Part shown: piece by piece, positions 1 through 8,980 of the stretch
Numbering within the stretch: the stretch's first letter is position 1
Layout: every line of letters starts with the position of its first letter
Virus record (IMG/VR): IMGVR_UViG_3300034410_000589
Coordinates: 1-64,000 of that record
Source of the DNA: a virus
Taxonomy: Duplodnaviria > Caudoviricetes
Strand: one strand, 5' to 3'
Length of the DNA stretch: 64,000 bases
The notes under the pieces: generated by a model
What the model was told of the DNA's origin: nothing
Database searches by the model: none
Seen by the model: the letters and a program-made list of their open reading frames with translations, nothing else
Translations under genes and position numbers: made by a program

Positions 1-688
1 CTTTACCTTTTTTAGGTTTGCTACCTTTGCCTTTGCCTGCGTCTTTAGCAGCTTTTTTCATAGGCTCTTTCTTGTCACCGTCTTTGTCTAGATCTAAAAA
101 GTCTGGCTTGCCTTTCTTTTCAGCTAGTAAGTTATAAAGGTGTTCTTTAATACCTTCCATTGCCATTGCATTATCGCCTGGCTGTGCAGCCTTGTATTGT
201 TTCTTCTTACGGTTAATACCGCCGCTTAAATCTTTTGTCATGTGATGATGATCTTTGTAGTCTGGATCACCTTCTGAACCTTCAGGTGAGTTAGCAAATT
301 CTTCTACTGGCTCATCGTCTGCATCAATGTCATCATTACAACTACTATCTGTTGTATCTTCGTCACCCGGTACTTCGTCTTTACCTGGAATCTTTGGATC
401 ATCCATAATGCCTGCTAAACGTTCCATATCTAAACGTGGTGAAAGTGTTTTTGCACTTACTGGCTCTGCATCATTTAGACCTGCATTTTTCATCATGTCT
501 AGTAAGTCTGCTACATGCTCTTTACCACTGGCATTCATTGATACATTAATTGTTACAGGATTACCTTGGTCCATTGCTGGAGCACTCATTGGCGCACCCA
601 TAGGTGGCATACCTGCTTCGTTTTCATTTAATTGTTGTTTTTCAGCTTCGATATCTGTCATACGCTGAATCATATCTTTCATATTCAT
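1..688 (-). CDS. Hypothetical, probably virion/inner-head protein (3' end runs off the window)
   Basis: Not in ORF track. Manual translation from ATG at 688 (MNMKDMIQRMTDIEAEKQQLNE...PDFLDLDKDGDKKEPMKKAAKD...) has no stop before position 1. Lies directly after the stop of 691..1242. Confidence 0.8.
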   Translation of the reverse strand, partial: MNMKDMIQRMTDIEAEKQQLNENEAGMPPMGAPMSAPAMDQGNPVTINVSMNASGKEHVADLLDMMKNAGLNDAEPVSAKTLSPRLDMERLAGIMDDPKIPGKDEVPGDEDTTDSSCNDDIDADDEPVEEFANSPEGSEGDPDYKDHHHMTKDLSGGINRKKKQYKAAQPGDNAMAMEGIKEHLYNLLAEKKGKPDFLDLDKDGDKKEPMKKAAKDAGKGKGSKPKKGK

Positions 689-690
689 AA

Positions 691-1242
691 TTAGCTCCCT
701 ATTGCGCTTTTAGTGTTTTCGCTGTTGTCGATATCACTTGACTCACCAACTGGTCCGTCGACAGTATCAAAACTACGCTCTTTACGAGCTGTTTCTAACT
801 CTTTTAACAAGTCCATTACTCTGTTGCCTGCAACTTCGTTCTGGCCGTCAACGCTTTCTAGTTCTTCGGTAGTTAGTTTTGCAACATACTCACCGTCTTG
901 TGTTTCTTCTTGATATTGCTCTTGTGGTTCCATTGGGTTTCTAACAATGATGTAAGATTGATCTATACCACAGCATTGACCTAAGTACTCTTGGAGTACT
1001 TGAGTTGTTGTTGGATAATTAAGTTCTGTTTCAAAATATGTTACTTCCATATTTTGTAGTTGTGGAAAATCTAATGGACGTTCTTGAATAGGTGTTTTCT
1101 TGCCTGAAGATATATTGTTAACTCCATACTTTTCTAAGCACGTTTTTAACATGTCTTCACAGCCTTCTGGAAGTTCTCCAGCTATACCGATTTTAAAAGG
1201 ATACACCTTTTTTGCTTCTGCTAAAAATTTTTCAAACGCCAT
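691..1242 (-). CDS. Hypothetical virion-associated protein
   Basis: 183 aa ORF with SD (TAGGA) and GATAAATA motif at 1263-1270. Acidic, located in the morphogenesis cluster. Confidence 0.6.
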   Translation of the reverse strand: MAFEKFLAEAKKVYPFKIGIAGELPEGCEDMLKTCLEKYGVNNISSGKKTPIQERPLDFPQLQNMEVTYFETELNYPTTTQVLQEYLGQCCGIDQSYIIVRNPMEPQEQYQEETQDGEYVAKLTTEELESVDGQNEVAGNRVMDLLKELETARKERSFDTVDGPVGESSDIDNSENTKSAIGS

Positions 1243-1261
1243 TGTATTTTTCCTATATATA

Positions 1262-1756
1262 TTATTTATCTGATTGGACGTTTTTTAGTTTCTCTAATAG
1301 ACTGTTGCGATCTGTTACAACATAGCCTTCTCCATTGACCATACTATCGTCACCGGAGCCACTGTCCTTATCCATTTTCTCTTTTTTAAGTTGTAAGTCA
1401 ACCATTTTTAGTTTTTTGTCTAGTTTTGCTATTTTTGCATCAAGCCCTGTTTTTAACATGCCTCCTGCAACTTCAAATACACGACCACTATAACGTGACT
1501 CTACGTTCATACCAAGATCCATTAGATCTTCATATGCTGTTAATGCTCTATCAGCAATATCGTTGAGCTCAGTATCTGCCATTTCACCTAAGCCTTTTAC
1601 CGCAGGTAGTGCTGAGCTTATTTTATCAAACTCGGCAATATCACGCAACGTTTCTCTATGTTGTGCGATTGGCTTAGACTCTTCTTTGGCCTTTGCTTCT
1701 TCTATTATTTCTTTAGATTCTGGCAAATCTAACATTTCTTCTAATTTTTTCGTCAT
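1262..1756 (-). CDS. Probable terminase small subunit (T4 gp16-like)
   Basis: 164 aa helical protein. The segment YEDLMDLGMNVESRYSGRVFEVAGGMLK resembles the R-x-(F/Y)EV-A core of gp16-like TerS, followed by a coiled coil. Recognised by eye only. Confidence 0.5.
   Translation of the reverse strand: MTKKLEEMLDLPESKEIIEEAKAKEESKPIAQHRETLRDIAEFDKISSALPAVKGLGEMADTELNDIADRALTAYEDLMDLGMNVESRYSGRVFEVAGGMLKTGLDAKIAKLDKKLKMVDLQLKKEKMDKDSGSGDDSMVNGEGYVVTDRNSLLEKLKNVQSDK
1263..1270 (-). promoter_or_regulatory. Late promoter motif GATAAATA
   Basis: Intergenic, about 20 nt before ATG of 691..1242; T4-type late promoters are (T/N)ATAAATA. Confidence 0.65.
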
Positions 1757-1781
1757 AGTGCTTCCTATTAACTACTAGTAT

Positions 1782-1789
1782 TATTTATC
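1782..1789 (-). promoter_or_regulatory. Late promoter motif GATAAATA
   Basis: Upstream of TerS-like gene. Confidence 0.65.
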
Positions 1790-2222
1790 TTCTTTTGCCT
1801 TGGTGGAAAATATCATCTTCGTTTACTATTCTAAAAAAGATACCTTTTTGTTTACACCATGCTTGTGCTGCACCCCATTTGGCTTGATTTACTACCCATG
1901 CCGCTTGATTTACTTTTGATCTGCCTACTTTTTCTTTGATTGTTTGATTTGCTGGTTTAACTTCTATTAGTTCAACTTTTTGTTTGCCTTTTTTGTCTAC
2001 ATATACTATAAAGAAGTCAGGTACGTATATTGTATGCTTTCCTGTAAAAGGATGTCTATATGGAATTTTAATTGCTTCACTAGCCCATTGTGCTACGCTT
2101 GGATGTTCGTCGCAGAATCGCATAAATGCAAATTCCCAACTACTTCTGTATGTAGGGGTTTTGTTGCCTGCGTATTTGTCAGGATTTTTTAGATTAAATT
2201 TACCCTGAGCGAATCTGCCCAT
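1785..2222 (-). CDS. gp4: Head completion nuclease (T4 gp4-like, TnsA-type PD-(D/E)xK fold)
   Basis: KNPDKY...YRSSWE...WASE..IPY...YVPDF...LIEVKP signature. Confidence 0.85.
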   Translation of the reverse strand: MGRFAQGKFNLKNPDKYAGNKTPTYRSSWEFAFMRFCDEHPSVAQWASEAIKIPYRHPFTGKHTIYVPDFFIVYVDKKGKQKVELIEVKPANQTIKEKVGRSKVNQAAWVVNQAKWGAAQAWCKQKGIFFRIVNEDDIFHQGKRR

Positions 2223-2224
2223 TT

Positions 2225-2605
2225 TTAGTCCTCAAACGTTTCTATGTTTCTGGACTCGACGATGTTAGTTTCTACTGGTACTTGAAAACCTAGTGTGCTT
2301 GTTTTTCCTCTAGCATAGTTTAACACTTCTGCAACTAATGCACTAAGTTGACTTTCGTTTAAACCTTTTAATGTATCAAGCAATCTAAATACCGGAACAC
2401 CGTCTACTTTTGCTTGTTGTAAAAGTATACTAGCAACACTTGCACTAGCTCTATCTTCAAAACCTCTTTTACCAAAGTATGCTAGTACAGCATCAACATC
2501 GTTGCTAGGAAATTCTAATTTGTTTTGATAATACGTATCAAAGAATTCTCTAATAGGTTCATCGCTTGTGTTGTAACCTTTTTGTGGTAAATTTCCTTGT
2601 GCCAT
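2225..2605 (-). CDS. Hypothetical virion protein
   Basis: 126 aa ORF translationally coupled to 2605..3765. Confidence 0.55.
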   Translation of the reverse strand: MAQGNLPQKGYNTSDEPIREFFDTYYQNKLEFPSNDVDAVLAYFGKRGFEDRASASVASILLQQAKVDGVPVFRLLDTLKGLNESQLSALVAEVLNYARGKTSTLGFQVPVETNIVESRNIETFED

Positions 2606-3765
2606 TATCCGTCACCTCCTGTTGTTACAGGTAAATTATTTGCGGCTTGTGCTGCACCAACTTTAGCTGCTGAAAGTGCAGGATTGTTTGTTGCACTATT
2701 TGATGTAGCAGATGTAGTATTTGCACTTCCGCCATTACCATTAGACTTAGGCACTAATATGCCTGGTAAGCCGCCTGGGCCTTTTTTGCCTGCGTTAGTA
2801 ATAGCACCTGTAAGTATACTTAGACCTTCTGCTTTAAGACTGTCTGAACTAAGACTCTTTGCATTTTTAACTGTGTTAGCAAGTGTAAGTACACTACCTA
2901 AACCAAAGTTACCACTAGTGATATCTCCTAGTACACTTGATGCGCCATCTAGTACTCCGCCTGCGCCGAATAAATTGCCTACGCCGCCGCCGGCTACACT
3001 TAATGGACTTGGTGAAGTATCATAATGGTCTGTTGCAAATGTTGCAGGACTATCTTCGCCTACACGACCTCTACTATACAGCACTGACTCGTAGTTGATT
3101 GTCATTTTATTTTCTGCTATACCAGAACCGTCTGTTTGGTCCATAGTATCATGGCCCCAACTTTCAATTAAAGGATTTACAAGAGTGTATTCTGTGTACT
3201 CATGTCTGCTAAATTGATATAGTTTTATGTTCTTAAAGAAAGGCACCATTTTGTCATTGTCAAGACCAAATCTATATGTTCTGCCATTTGCTTCTTTGTA
3301 AGTTGAACGTGGGTCATAACTTGCTGTAATATCAGATATGTTGCTATCTCTATAGTAATATCTATAGTATGCTTCCATAAGCATAGTTGTTAGACCATTA
3401 TTATCATCATGCATTGTCATACTAACAGGAGTATAGTCTATACGTGTTTGTACATTCTTCTTTCTGTTGTATGCATTTTTTACATCAACACTTGATCTAT
3501 ATTGAGGAAGGTCAACACTTTTTACAAGCATGTTTAATTCTGCTCTGTGTCTGTTTTGCATCTTAGGAAAGCCTGCTAAAACATCATGCTTATCATCTTT
3601 GTAAAAGTTAAAATTTACAAAATAAAGAAACTTTGTTTTAGGAGCAAGTCTAAATGCATCGTCTACATACAATCTAGAGGCGTGTGCAAAGTCGCCTAAA
3701 TTACCCTTAGGGTTTAGAGCACCACCGAAAAAATTGTCTAAGAATCCGTTTAACTTATTTGCCAT
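2605..3765 (-). CDS. Baseplate tail-tube initiator/cap (gp48/gp54-like, gp19 fold)
   Basis: Tube-fold pattern VKSVDLPQY...YNRKKNVQTRIDYTPVSMTMHDD...MTINYE, immediately downstream of the tube gene, with a Gly-rich C-terminal tail. Confidence 0.65.
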   Translation of the reverse strand: MANKLNGFLDNFFGGALNPKGNLGDFAHASRLYVDDAFRLAPKTKFLYFVNFNFYKDDKHDVLAGFPKMQNRHRAELNMLVKSVDLPQYRSSVDVKNAYNRKKNVQTRIDYTPVSMTMHDDNNGLTTMLMEAYYRYYYRDSNISDITASYDPRSTYKEANGRTYRFGLDNDKMVPFFKNIKLYQFSRHEYTEYTLVNPLIESWGHDTMDQTDGSGIAENKMTINYESVLYSRGRVGEDSPATFATDHYDTSPSPLSVAGGGVGNLFGAGGVLDGASSVLGDITSGNFGLGSVLTLANTVKNAKSLSSDSLKAEGLSILTGAITNAGKKGPGGLPGILVPKSNGNGGSANTTSATSNSATNNPALSAAKVGAAQAANNLPVTTGGDG

Positions 3766-3770
3766 ACTAA

Positions 3771-3778
3771 TATTTATC
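3771..3778 (-). promoter_or_regulatory. Late promoter motif GATAAATA, 5 nt before ATG
   Basis: GATAAATA-TTAGT-ATG, just after a terminator. Confidence 0.7.
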
Positions 3779-3800
3779 CTAAAGGATTAAGTGCGTATAT

Positions 3801-3832
3801 AAAAAAAAGGAAGACGTTTCCGACTTCCTTTT
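3801..3832 (-). terminator. Intrinsic terminator after tail tube gene
   Basis: Minus strand AAGGAAG-T-CG-GAAA-CG-T-CTTCCTT followed by a T-run; GNRA loop. Confidence 0.75.
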
Positions 3833-3863
3833 CTTATTCGAATAGCAATCTAGTTAGCGTTTA

Positions 3864-4490
3864 TTATACGCCGCCGCCTGTTACTAGCGAGTTGACTGTT
3901 CTGCCAACTGTAGTACCAACTCCTTGGCCTACTGGAGTTTGGATTGCGTTATCATATCTAATTGATAATGCAATAGTAGCTGCATCACTTGTTGCATAGT
4001 TTAATGTGTTGTAGTTAGCGTTGTTTAGGAAACAGCCATAAAGTTCAAATGTTTCTAAAACACCTACTTCATTTGCACCGTTACCACCGTCTAATACTTC
4101 AATACGTGTTAGGAACTTGTAGTCAATACCACTTGCTGCACTTGACTGTTCAAAGAAGTCAAACTGTTTCTGTAGTTGCTCGCCTACTTGTTTCTGTACA
4201 TTGTTACTTACGTCATCACGTACATTCAATGTAATTGGTTCCCAAGTATGTTTACCTGCTAAGTAACTTCTGGAGTTATACACGTCTAGTGTAATTTCTT
4301 CAAATGTTATGTTAGGACGGGTAACATCAATAACTTGTTTTGTTAATTCTGTTGTTGCGTTAGTTACACCAAAATTTTCCAATGTCACTCTAAAGCGATA
4401 TTGTAGTTTCGGCATTAAAAGTCCCTGGTTGCTTGCGCTTGTGTCGCTCGCTAAAGGAACTGTAATTTTTGATAATGTTGAGATTGCCAT
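3864..4490 (-). CDS. gp19: Tail tube protein
   Basis: PKLQYRFRV...DVTRPNITFEEITLDVYNSRSYLAGKHTWEPITLNVRDD...GCF...LSIRYDNA; adjacent to sheath. Confidence 0.9.
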   Translation of the reverse strand: MAISTLSKITVPLASDTSASNQGLLMPKLQYRFRVTLENFGVTNATTELTKQVIDVTRPNITFEEITLDVYNSRSYLAGKHTWEPITLNVRDDVSNNVQKQVGEQLQKQFDFFEQSSAASGIDYKFLTRIEVLDGGNGANEVGVLETFELYGCFLNNANYNTLNYATSDAATIALSIRYDNAIQTPVGQGVGTTVGRTVNSLVTGGGV

Positions 4491-4512
4491 TCTATTTTTC
4501 TCCTGTTGCTAG

Positions 4513-4520
4513 TATTTATC
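4513..4520 (-). promoter_or_regulatory. Late promoter motif GATAAATA (gp19)
   Basis: Followed by CAGGAG SD and ATG. Confidence 0.7.
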
Positions 4521-4528
4521 AAAGTGTC

Positions 4529-4548
4529 GACCCCATATTTCAGGGGTC
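4529..4548 (-). promoter_or_regulatory. Hairpin between sheath and tube genes (possible mRNA stability/processing element)
   Basis: GACCCC-tgaaatat-GGGGTC, 6 bp stem, no U-tract. Confidence 0.35.
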
Positions 4549-4559
4549 TAATCACCTAA

Positions 4560-7500
4560 TTAAAGTCCTGCAATTTCTCCTGTATTTTTAAGTCTAAGTG
4601 GAATGTAAATAAATTCTACAGCCTTAACTGGTTCAATTGCAATGTCAAGATATAGTTCATTACGATCTATTCTACTTGGTGTGTTGTTTGATTCATCACA
4701 TACAACTAGGAAGTCATAAAGTGCTCTTTGTCCAACAAGTTCTAACATTAGACTTTCTGCTGCACCTTTGATTTCATCTCTTGTAATTTTATCATTTGGT
4801 TCAAACAAGTATGGTTTTGCAAGTTTGTTAAGTTGACTACGTAAGTATACAACCAAACGTGCTACATTGATTCTATCCAATGCACTTGCATTTCTTGCTC
4901 TTGTCTTCTGTCCAAATACAACCAATCCGCTTCCGCTTAGGAATGTAACTGGGTTAATTGCTTGTGCGTAAAGTGTATCTCTTTGACCTTCGTTAAGTGC
5001 TACACTTACAAATTCGCCTTCGCTATTAATATAACCTGCTGCTGTTGCGTTAGTTACGCCACCACGTCTTGTACCTGCTGGTGCAAACCATGGAAACGAT
5101 ACCTGATCACTTAGTGCAATAGTTCTTAACGCCATGTGTGATGCTGGAACAACAACGTTGTTACCTGCGTTATCACTTGTAAATCCTGCTGGATAGTAAA
5201 TGCCTAAGTATTCGTCGAAACTTACTAAGCCATCGTCGTTATCTTCTACAGCCTTACGAACGTTAGTTGCCCATTCATTTAGTGAAGTAGCATCTGGTGT
5301 TAATCTCATTGGGCTATCACCTACGATAAATGCACTTAGTCCTCTATCATAGTTTAGTGATACCATTTCGCCAATTAGTTCTGGATACGCCGGTGTTGCC
5401 ATAACATTAAATAGTCTTGATTCATCATCTCTAATATCATCATTACTATTAACCATAGCCTGTAACGCTTGTATAACAACTTTACGCTGTGCTTTACGTC
5501 CAAAGCTACCTGAACCATCAGCTTGGTTGCCTGACTCAGTTACCCATCTGTGTGGATAGTAACCAGCCATTGATTCGTCATTGTTAAATCTACCATTTGT
5601 ACCATTAATGTCTATATAGTTACGCTCAAAACGCTTAACGTTAAATCCGCTTCTACGTAAGTTCCATAGCAACATACCTTTTGGATATAGTGCTGGATCT
5701 GGAGCATCTGGATCTAAGTAATTGTTTGTTAATAAATCAACAATACTACCAGCTTCGTCGCCATTTGCGCCTGCTGTATTATAACGTGCATCTGCAAATA
5801 GTACACCGTTTTCAGTTGTTTGGTCTGTAACGTCTACTAATGCCCATGCTAAGTTAACACCGTCATATCTGTAAACTAATGGATAGTTTTCTAAATCTGC
5901 TGTGCTAATCCAAAGATCGCCATCAACTAATGCTGTTGCATCTGTTTGCTGTGTTGGCTCTGTTGCTGAAACCATAGGACCAGTTGGGTTAGTGTCTGCG
6001 TAATCTGAACTAAAGTTCTGATAGCCTACCCAAGTTGTACCATTATGAATTAACATGTCAACTTCGTCAACAACACTGTTGTACCAAAGTGCGCCTTGTG
6101 CAGCTAATGCACCTGGAGCGTCATCACTTGCTGTGAATACTGCTTTCTTCCAGTTACTTGCTGTAAGTACACTATTTCTGTTGTACAAGTTAGTTGTTGT
6201 ACTTGGGTTACCTACTACAAATGCTACAAAACCTGCGGCTGCAAAGCCACCGTCTGTATCTGCAATAGTAAAGTCACCGCCTTGTGTGTGCTTAACAACT
6301 AGTTTGTTATCTGCTGTTACTTCTGCTTGAATATTTTCTAATGCTGAACTGTTAATAGCACCTGCCATTAAGTCTGCATCGCCTACAGCGCCTGCGGCTG
6401 TAAAACTAATTGTTACAGGTGAACCTAATGCATTACTACCTGCGTCTGTTTCTGCAATATTAAATGCATATGCTTGAGCACTAAATGTACTTGCTGTAAT
6501 AGCACTACCTGTAATAGTAGTTGCACCTGTGTTAGCACGACTAAAGATTGTAAATGCACCTTCAACTGATGTTGCATCTTCTGCATTTGATTTTACAAAA
6601 GTAGTTCCTGCTGGTAAGTTAACACCGCCGCCGCTTCTGTCTAACCAATATAGCGCCGCTGCTGCTGAACCGTAAATTGGTGCTGAAATGTTATCAAACA
6701 ATGCTGTGTTAGCATTATAACGCTTGTACTTCCAATTTGCACCCTGATTAGGCTCAGTAGTTTTTAACCAAACACTGCCTGTTGGGCGTGGTGCTGTGTC
6801 ACCTGACTTAAATTCAGGTACGCTTGTGTGAGCACTAATTTGTAATTTAGGTGCATCAAATGTTCCTGCTGTTAAGCCTAGTTTGCCAAGCAAGCCGTCT
6901 GTGTCAGCAATAGTAATTCTTTCATCATCTGACCCGTCATTGAATATGCTAAATTTACCGTCTATTGCAGCAAAACTAATTCCTGCTGATTGGAAACTTG
7001 CATCTGCGTTTGCTGTTGACACTGTATCTGCTAAGTCTGTGCCTTCTGCTACTGTAATTGCTGAACCAGAGCCTACAGTAATAGTTAAGTTTGTTGCACC
7101 ACCCAGTGTTGGATTTGATGCTGTACCTTGTGCTACATAGTGTGAATTAATCCACGCTGTTGAGCCAACTTTAACCCAACTACCTGTGTAGTTTCTGTAA
7201 TATACTCTTAGGACATCGGTTGTTGCTTTTACTGCATAATCACCTATATTTCCAACTGACTCTTTAGGATCTCCGTTGCCGTCTAACTTAGTTGTATCTG
7301 TAATAACAATTGGAGTTCTTACGCTAAATGATTGACCGCCTGTTACGTTCTTTGGTGAGCTGTTCCACTCAAAAATACCATATGAACTATCATTAGTATC
7401 AAACCAATTTGTTCCATCTGCTGGAGCATCTTTTGGTTCGTCTGCTGTTGGTGTTAAAACACCTAAGTCAATATCTGCACGAGTTACATAAACTCTATTG

Positions 7501-7811
7501 CTAACACCTAGTAACGAGTAAGCAGCTTGTAAACCATATTCGTTTAGCTCTCCGCCGTGTACTGGGTTGTTATTTGAATCTGTATAAAATACTGGATCGC
7601 CGAATGTTTCAGCTAATTCCCTTTGTGAAGTAAGCAAGTAAGGTTTGCCAGCGTTTGCTTTTAGCGTTCCTTCTGCTGTTCCTGTGCCACTTCCGTTTGT
7701 TTTATTTTCTGCGGAAGCAACAAAAATCATTGGTACGGTGCCTGGTTCAGCTGGGGTATAAAAACTTTCGTCTATTACCTTGACTTCTACACCTGGTGAT
7801 GATAATGCCAT
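4560..7811 (-). CDS. gp18: Contractile tail sheath protein with large central insertion
   Basis: N-terminal LSSPGVEVKVIDES and C-terminal PWFAPAGTRRG...INPV...GQKT...ALDRINVARL...FEPND...IEPVKAVEFIYIPL motifs. Confidence 0.95.
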   Translation of the reverse strand: MALSSPGVEVKVIDESFYTPAEPGTVPMIFVASAENKTNGSGTGTAEGTLKANAGKPYLLTSQRELAETFGDPVFYTDSNNNPVHGGELNEYGLQAAYSLLGVSNRVYVTRADIDLGVLTPTADEPKDAPADGTNWFDTNDSSYGIFEWNSSPKNVTGGQSFSVRTPIVITDTTKLDGNGDPKESVGNIGDYAVKATTDVLRVYYRNYTGSWVKVGSTAWINSHYVAQGTASNPTLGGATNLTITVGSGSAITVAEGTDLADTVSTANADASFQSAGISFAAIDGKFSIFNDGSDDERITIADTDGLLGKLGLTAGTFDAPKLQISAHTSVPEFKSGDTAPRPTGSVWLKTTEPNQGANWKYKRYNANTALFDNISAPIYGSAAAALYWLDRSGGGVNLPAGTTFVKSNAEDATSVEGAFTIFSRANTGATTITGSAITASTFSAQAYAFNIAETDAGSNALGSPVTISFTAAGAVGDADLMAGAINSSALENIQAEVTADNKLVVKHTQGGDFTIADTDGGFAAAGFVAFVVGNPSTTTNLYNRNSVLTASNWKKAVFTASDDAPGALAAQGALWYNSVVDEVDMLIHNGTTWVGYQNFSSDYADTNPTGPMVSATEPTQQTDATALVDGDLWISTADLENYPLVYRYDGVNLAWALVDVTDQTTENGVLFADARYNTAGANGDEAGSIVDLLTNNYLDPDAPDPALYPKGMLLWNLRRSGFNVKRFERNYIDINGTNGRFNNDESMAGYYPHRWVTESGNQADGSGSFGRKAQRKVVIQALQAMVNSNDDIRDDESRLFNVMATPAYPELIGEMVSLNYDRGLSAFIVGDSPMRLTPDATSLNEWATNVRKAVEDNDDGLVSFDEYLGIYYPAGFTSDNAGNNVVVPASHMALRTIALSDQVSFPWFAPAGTRRGGVTNATAAGYINSEGEFVSVALNEGQRDTLYAQAINPVTFLSGSGLVVFGQKTRARNASALDRINVARLVVYLRSQLNKLAKPYLFEPNDKITRDEIKGAAESLMLELVGQRALYDFLVVCDESNNTPSRIDRNELYLDIAIEPVKAVEFIYIPLRLKNTGEIAGL

Positions 7812-7842
7812 TTTTTTTCTCCTGTTGAGTAGTTGTTATAGT

Positions 7843-7850
7843 TATTTAGC
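7843..7850 (-). promoter_or_regulatory. Late promoter variant GCTAAATA (gp18)
   Basis: Intergenic, upstream of CAGGAG SD. Confidence 0.55.
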
Positions 7851-7905
7851 AGAAATTTGTAAATTGGCTGTGATAAACACCTAGAAAAAGGGACCGAAAA
7901 GGGCA

Positions 7906-7913
7906 GGTAAATA
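7906..7913 (+). promoter_or_regulatory. Late promoter variant GGTAAATA, 5 nt before ATG (HNH gene)
   Basis: GGTAAATA-CTAGT-ATG. Confidence 0.55.
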
Positions 7914-7918
7914 CTAGT

Positions 7919-8260
7919 ATGAGACCGTTGTGTAAGAATTGTAAAAGTAAACCATGTGCTATAAACTATTATAAGGACAATAAACCTTACTATAGAAGTA
8001 AATGCGAAAGTTGTGCTAGGTATAGCGGGCCGGGTAAAGGTTTGCCTCGTTGGCAACAATACGGTTATGTCAAAAAGAATGAATGCGAGAAGTGTGGATA
8101 TAAATCAAAACACAGTGAACAATTTGATGTGTATCATATTGATGGGCGACTTGAAAATTGCCGCCCAACTAATTTAAAAACTATTTGTGCTAACTGTCAG
8201 CGAACTCTTCAAAAAGAGGGAGTTGCGTGGAAGCAGGGAGACTTAGTCCCCGATTTTTAA
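7919..8260 (+). CDS. Zn-finger/HNH-type endonuclease-like protein
   Basis: Four CxxC pairs; HIDG-x-LENC-x3-NLKTICANCQ is HNH-like (the last His is Gln). Confidence 0.65.
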   Translation: MRPLCKNCKSKPCAINYYKDNKPYYRSKCESCARYSGPGKGLPRWQQYGYVKKNECEKCGYKSKHSEQFDVYHIDGRLENCRPTNLKTICANCQRTLQKEGVAWKQGDLVPDF

Positions 8261-8750
8261 AAATAGTTTTAATTAGTATATCTACATTTTTTTCTAAACG
8301 TGCTAAGTCGCCATTATTATCAATTGTGTAATCACACATCCATTGCTCAATGCTCATTGAACTAGGATCTTCTAAGGGCAAATGGTCTGCTCTATCTACC
8401 CAAATAGCATAGTCAAATATTTCTTCATTTTGCATTGCAAAGAATTCACGTTTATTACGTAGTCCACAGTATATGTCGTGTTCTGCAAATAAGTTACGTC
8501 CTAATTTTGCTAAATCATCTTTACAATAGTCGTGTATCATATTATACCATTCTGTGCGATGATTATGTCTATCAGCATAACACTCTTCTTCGTCAGCATA
8601 TCCGTACTGGTCTTTTAGATCATTAAAGATAAAAAGTTCTGAACAAAATTTAGATGATGATTGAAATGTATAACTGTATTTTTCTAGTAACTCACAGACA
8701 GTGTCTTTACCATGACGGCCGTGACCGACAATTAATAGTTTGGGTAACAA
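8190..8750 (-). CDS. Deoxynucleoside monophosphate kinase-like P-loop protein
   Basis: GHGRHGKDT Walker A, plus CGLR and DYTIDNNGDL typical of phage dNMP kinases; TTG start with AAGGAG SD. Confidence 0.7.
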   Translation of the reverse strand: MLPKLLIVGHGRHGKDTVCELLEKYSYTFQSSSKFCSELFIFNDLKDQYGYADEEECYADRHNHRTEWYNMIHDYCKDDLAKLGRNLFAEHDIYCGLRNKREFFAMQNEEIFDYAIWVDRADHLPLEDPSSMSIEQWMCDYTIDNNGDLARLEKNVDILIKTIFKNRGLSLPASTQLPLFEEFADS

Positions 8751-8785
8751 AATAATGACTCCTTAATTATCTATACAGTATAATG

Positions 8786-8980
8786 TCATTTATTTTGTTT
8801 GTCAAGTAATTTCTGGTATTCTTCTTCAAATCCGTCTTCGTGAGTGTAACCTTCGGTATTATTCCATAGACGCTTAAAGTAGCCGTCATAGCTGGCATAA
8901 ATTGTTTTCATATTATTTGGAAGATGGCCTTTAACCATATAAAAAAGCCTACAGGCTTCTCTATGCGTAGGCTTAGCCAA
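8786..8980 (-). CDS. Small hypothetical protein
   Basis: 64 aa ORF overlapping the gp13 stop, in operon context. Confidence 0.55.
   Translation of the reverse strand: MAKPTHREACRLFYMVKGHLPNNMKTIYASYDGYFKRLWNNTEGYTHEDGFEEEYQKLLDKQNK

Noticed and set aside
4529-4548. Hairpin after the sheath gene as a terminator
   Set aside because: No U-tract directly after the stem; listed only as a weak regulatory hairpin
4560-7811. Intein or intron explaining the long sheath gene
   Set aside because: No C/S...HN-C/S/T splice junctions or LAGLIDADG motifs; the insert looks like structural beta domains
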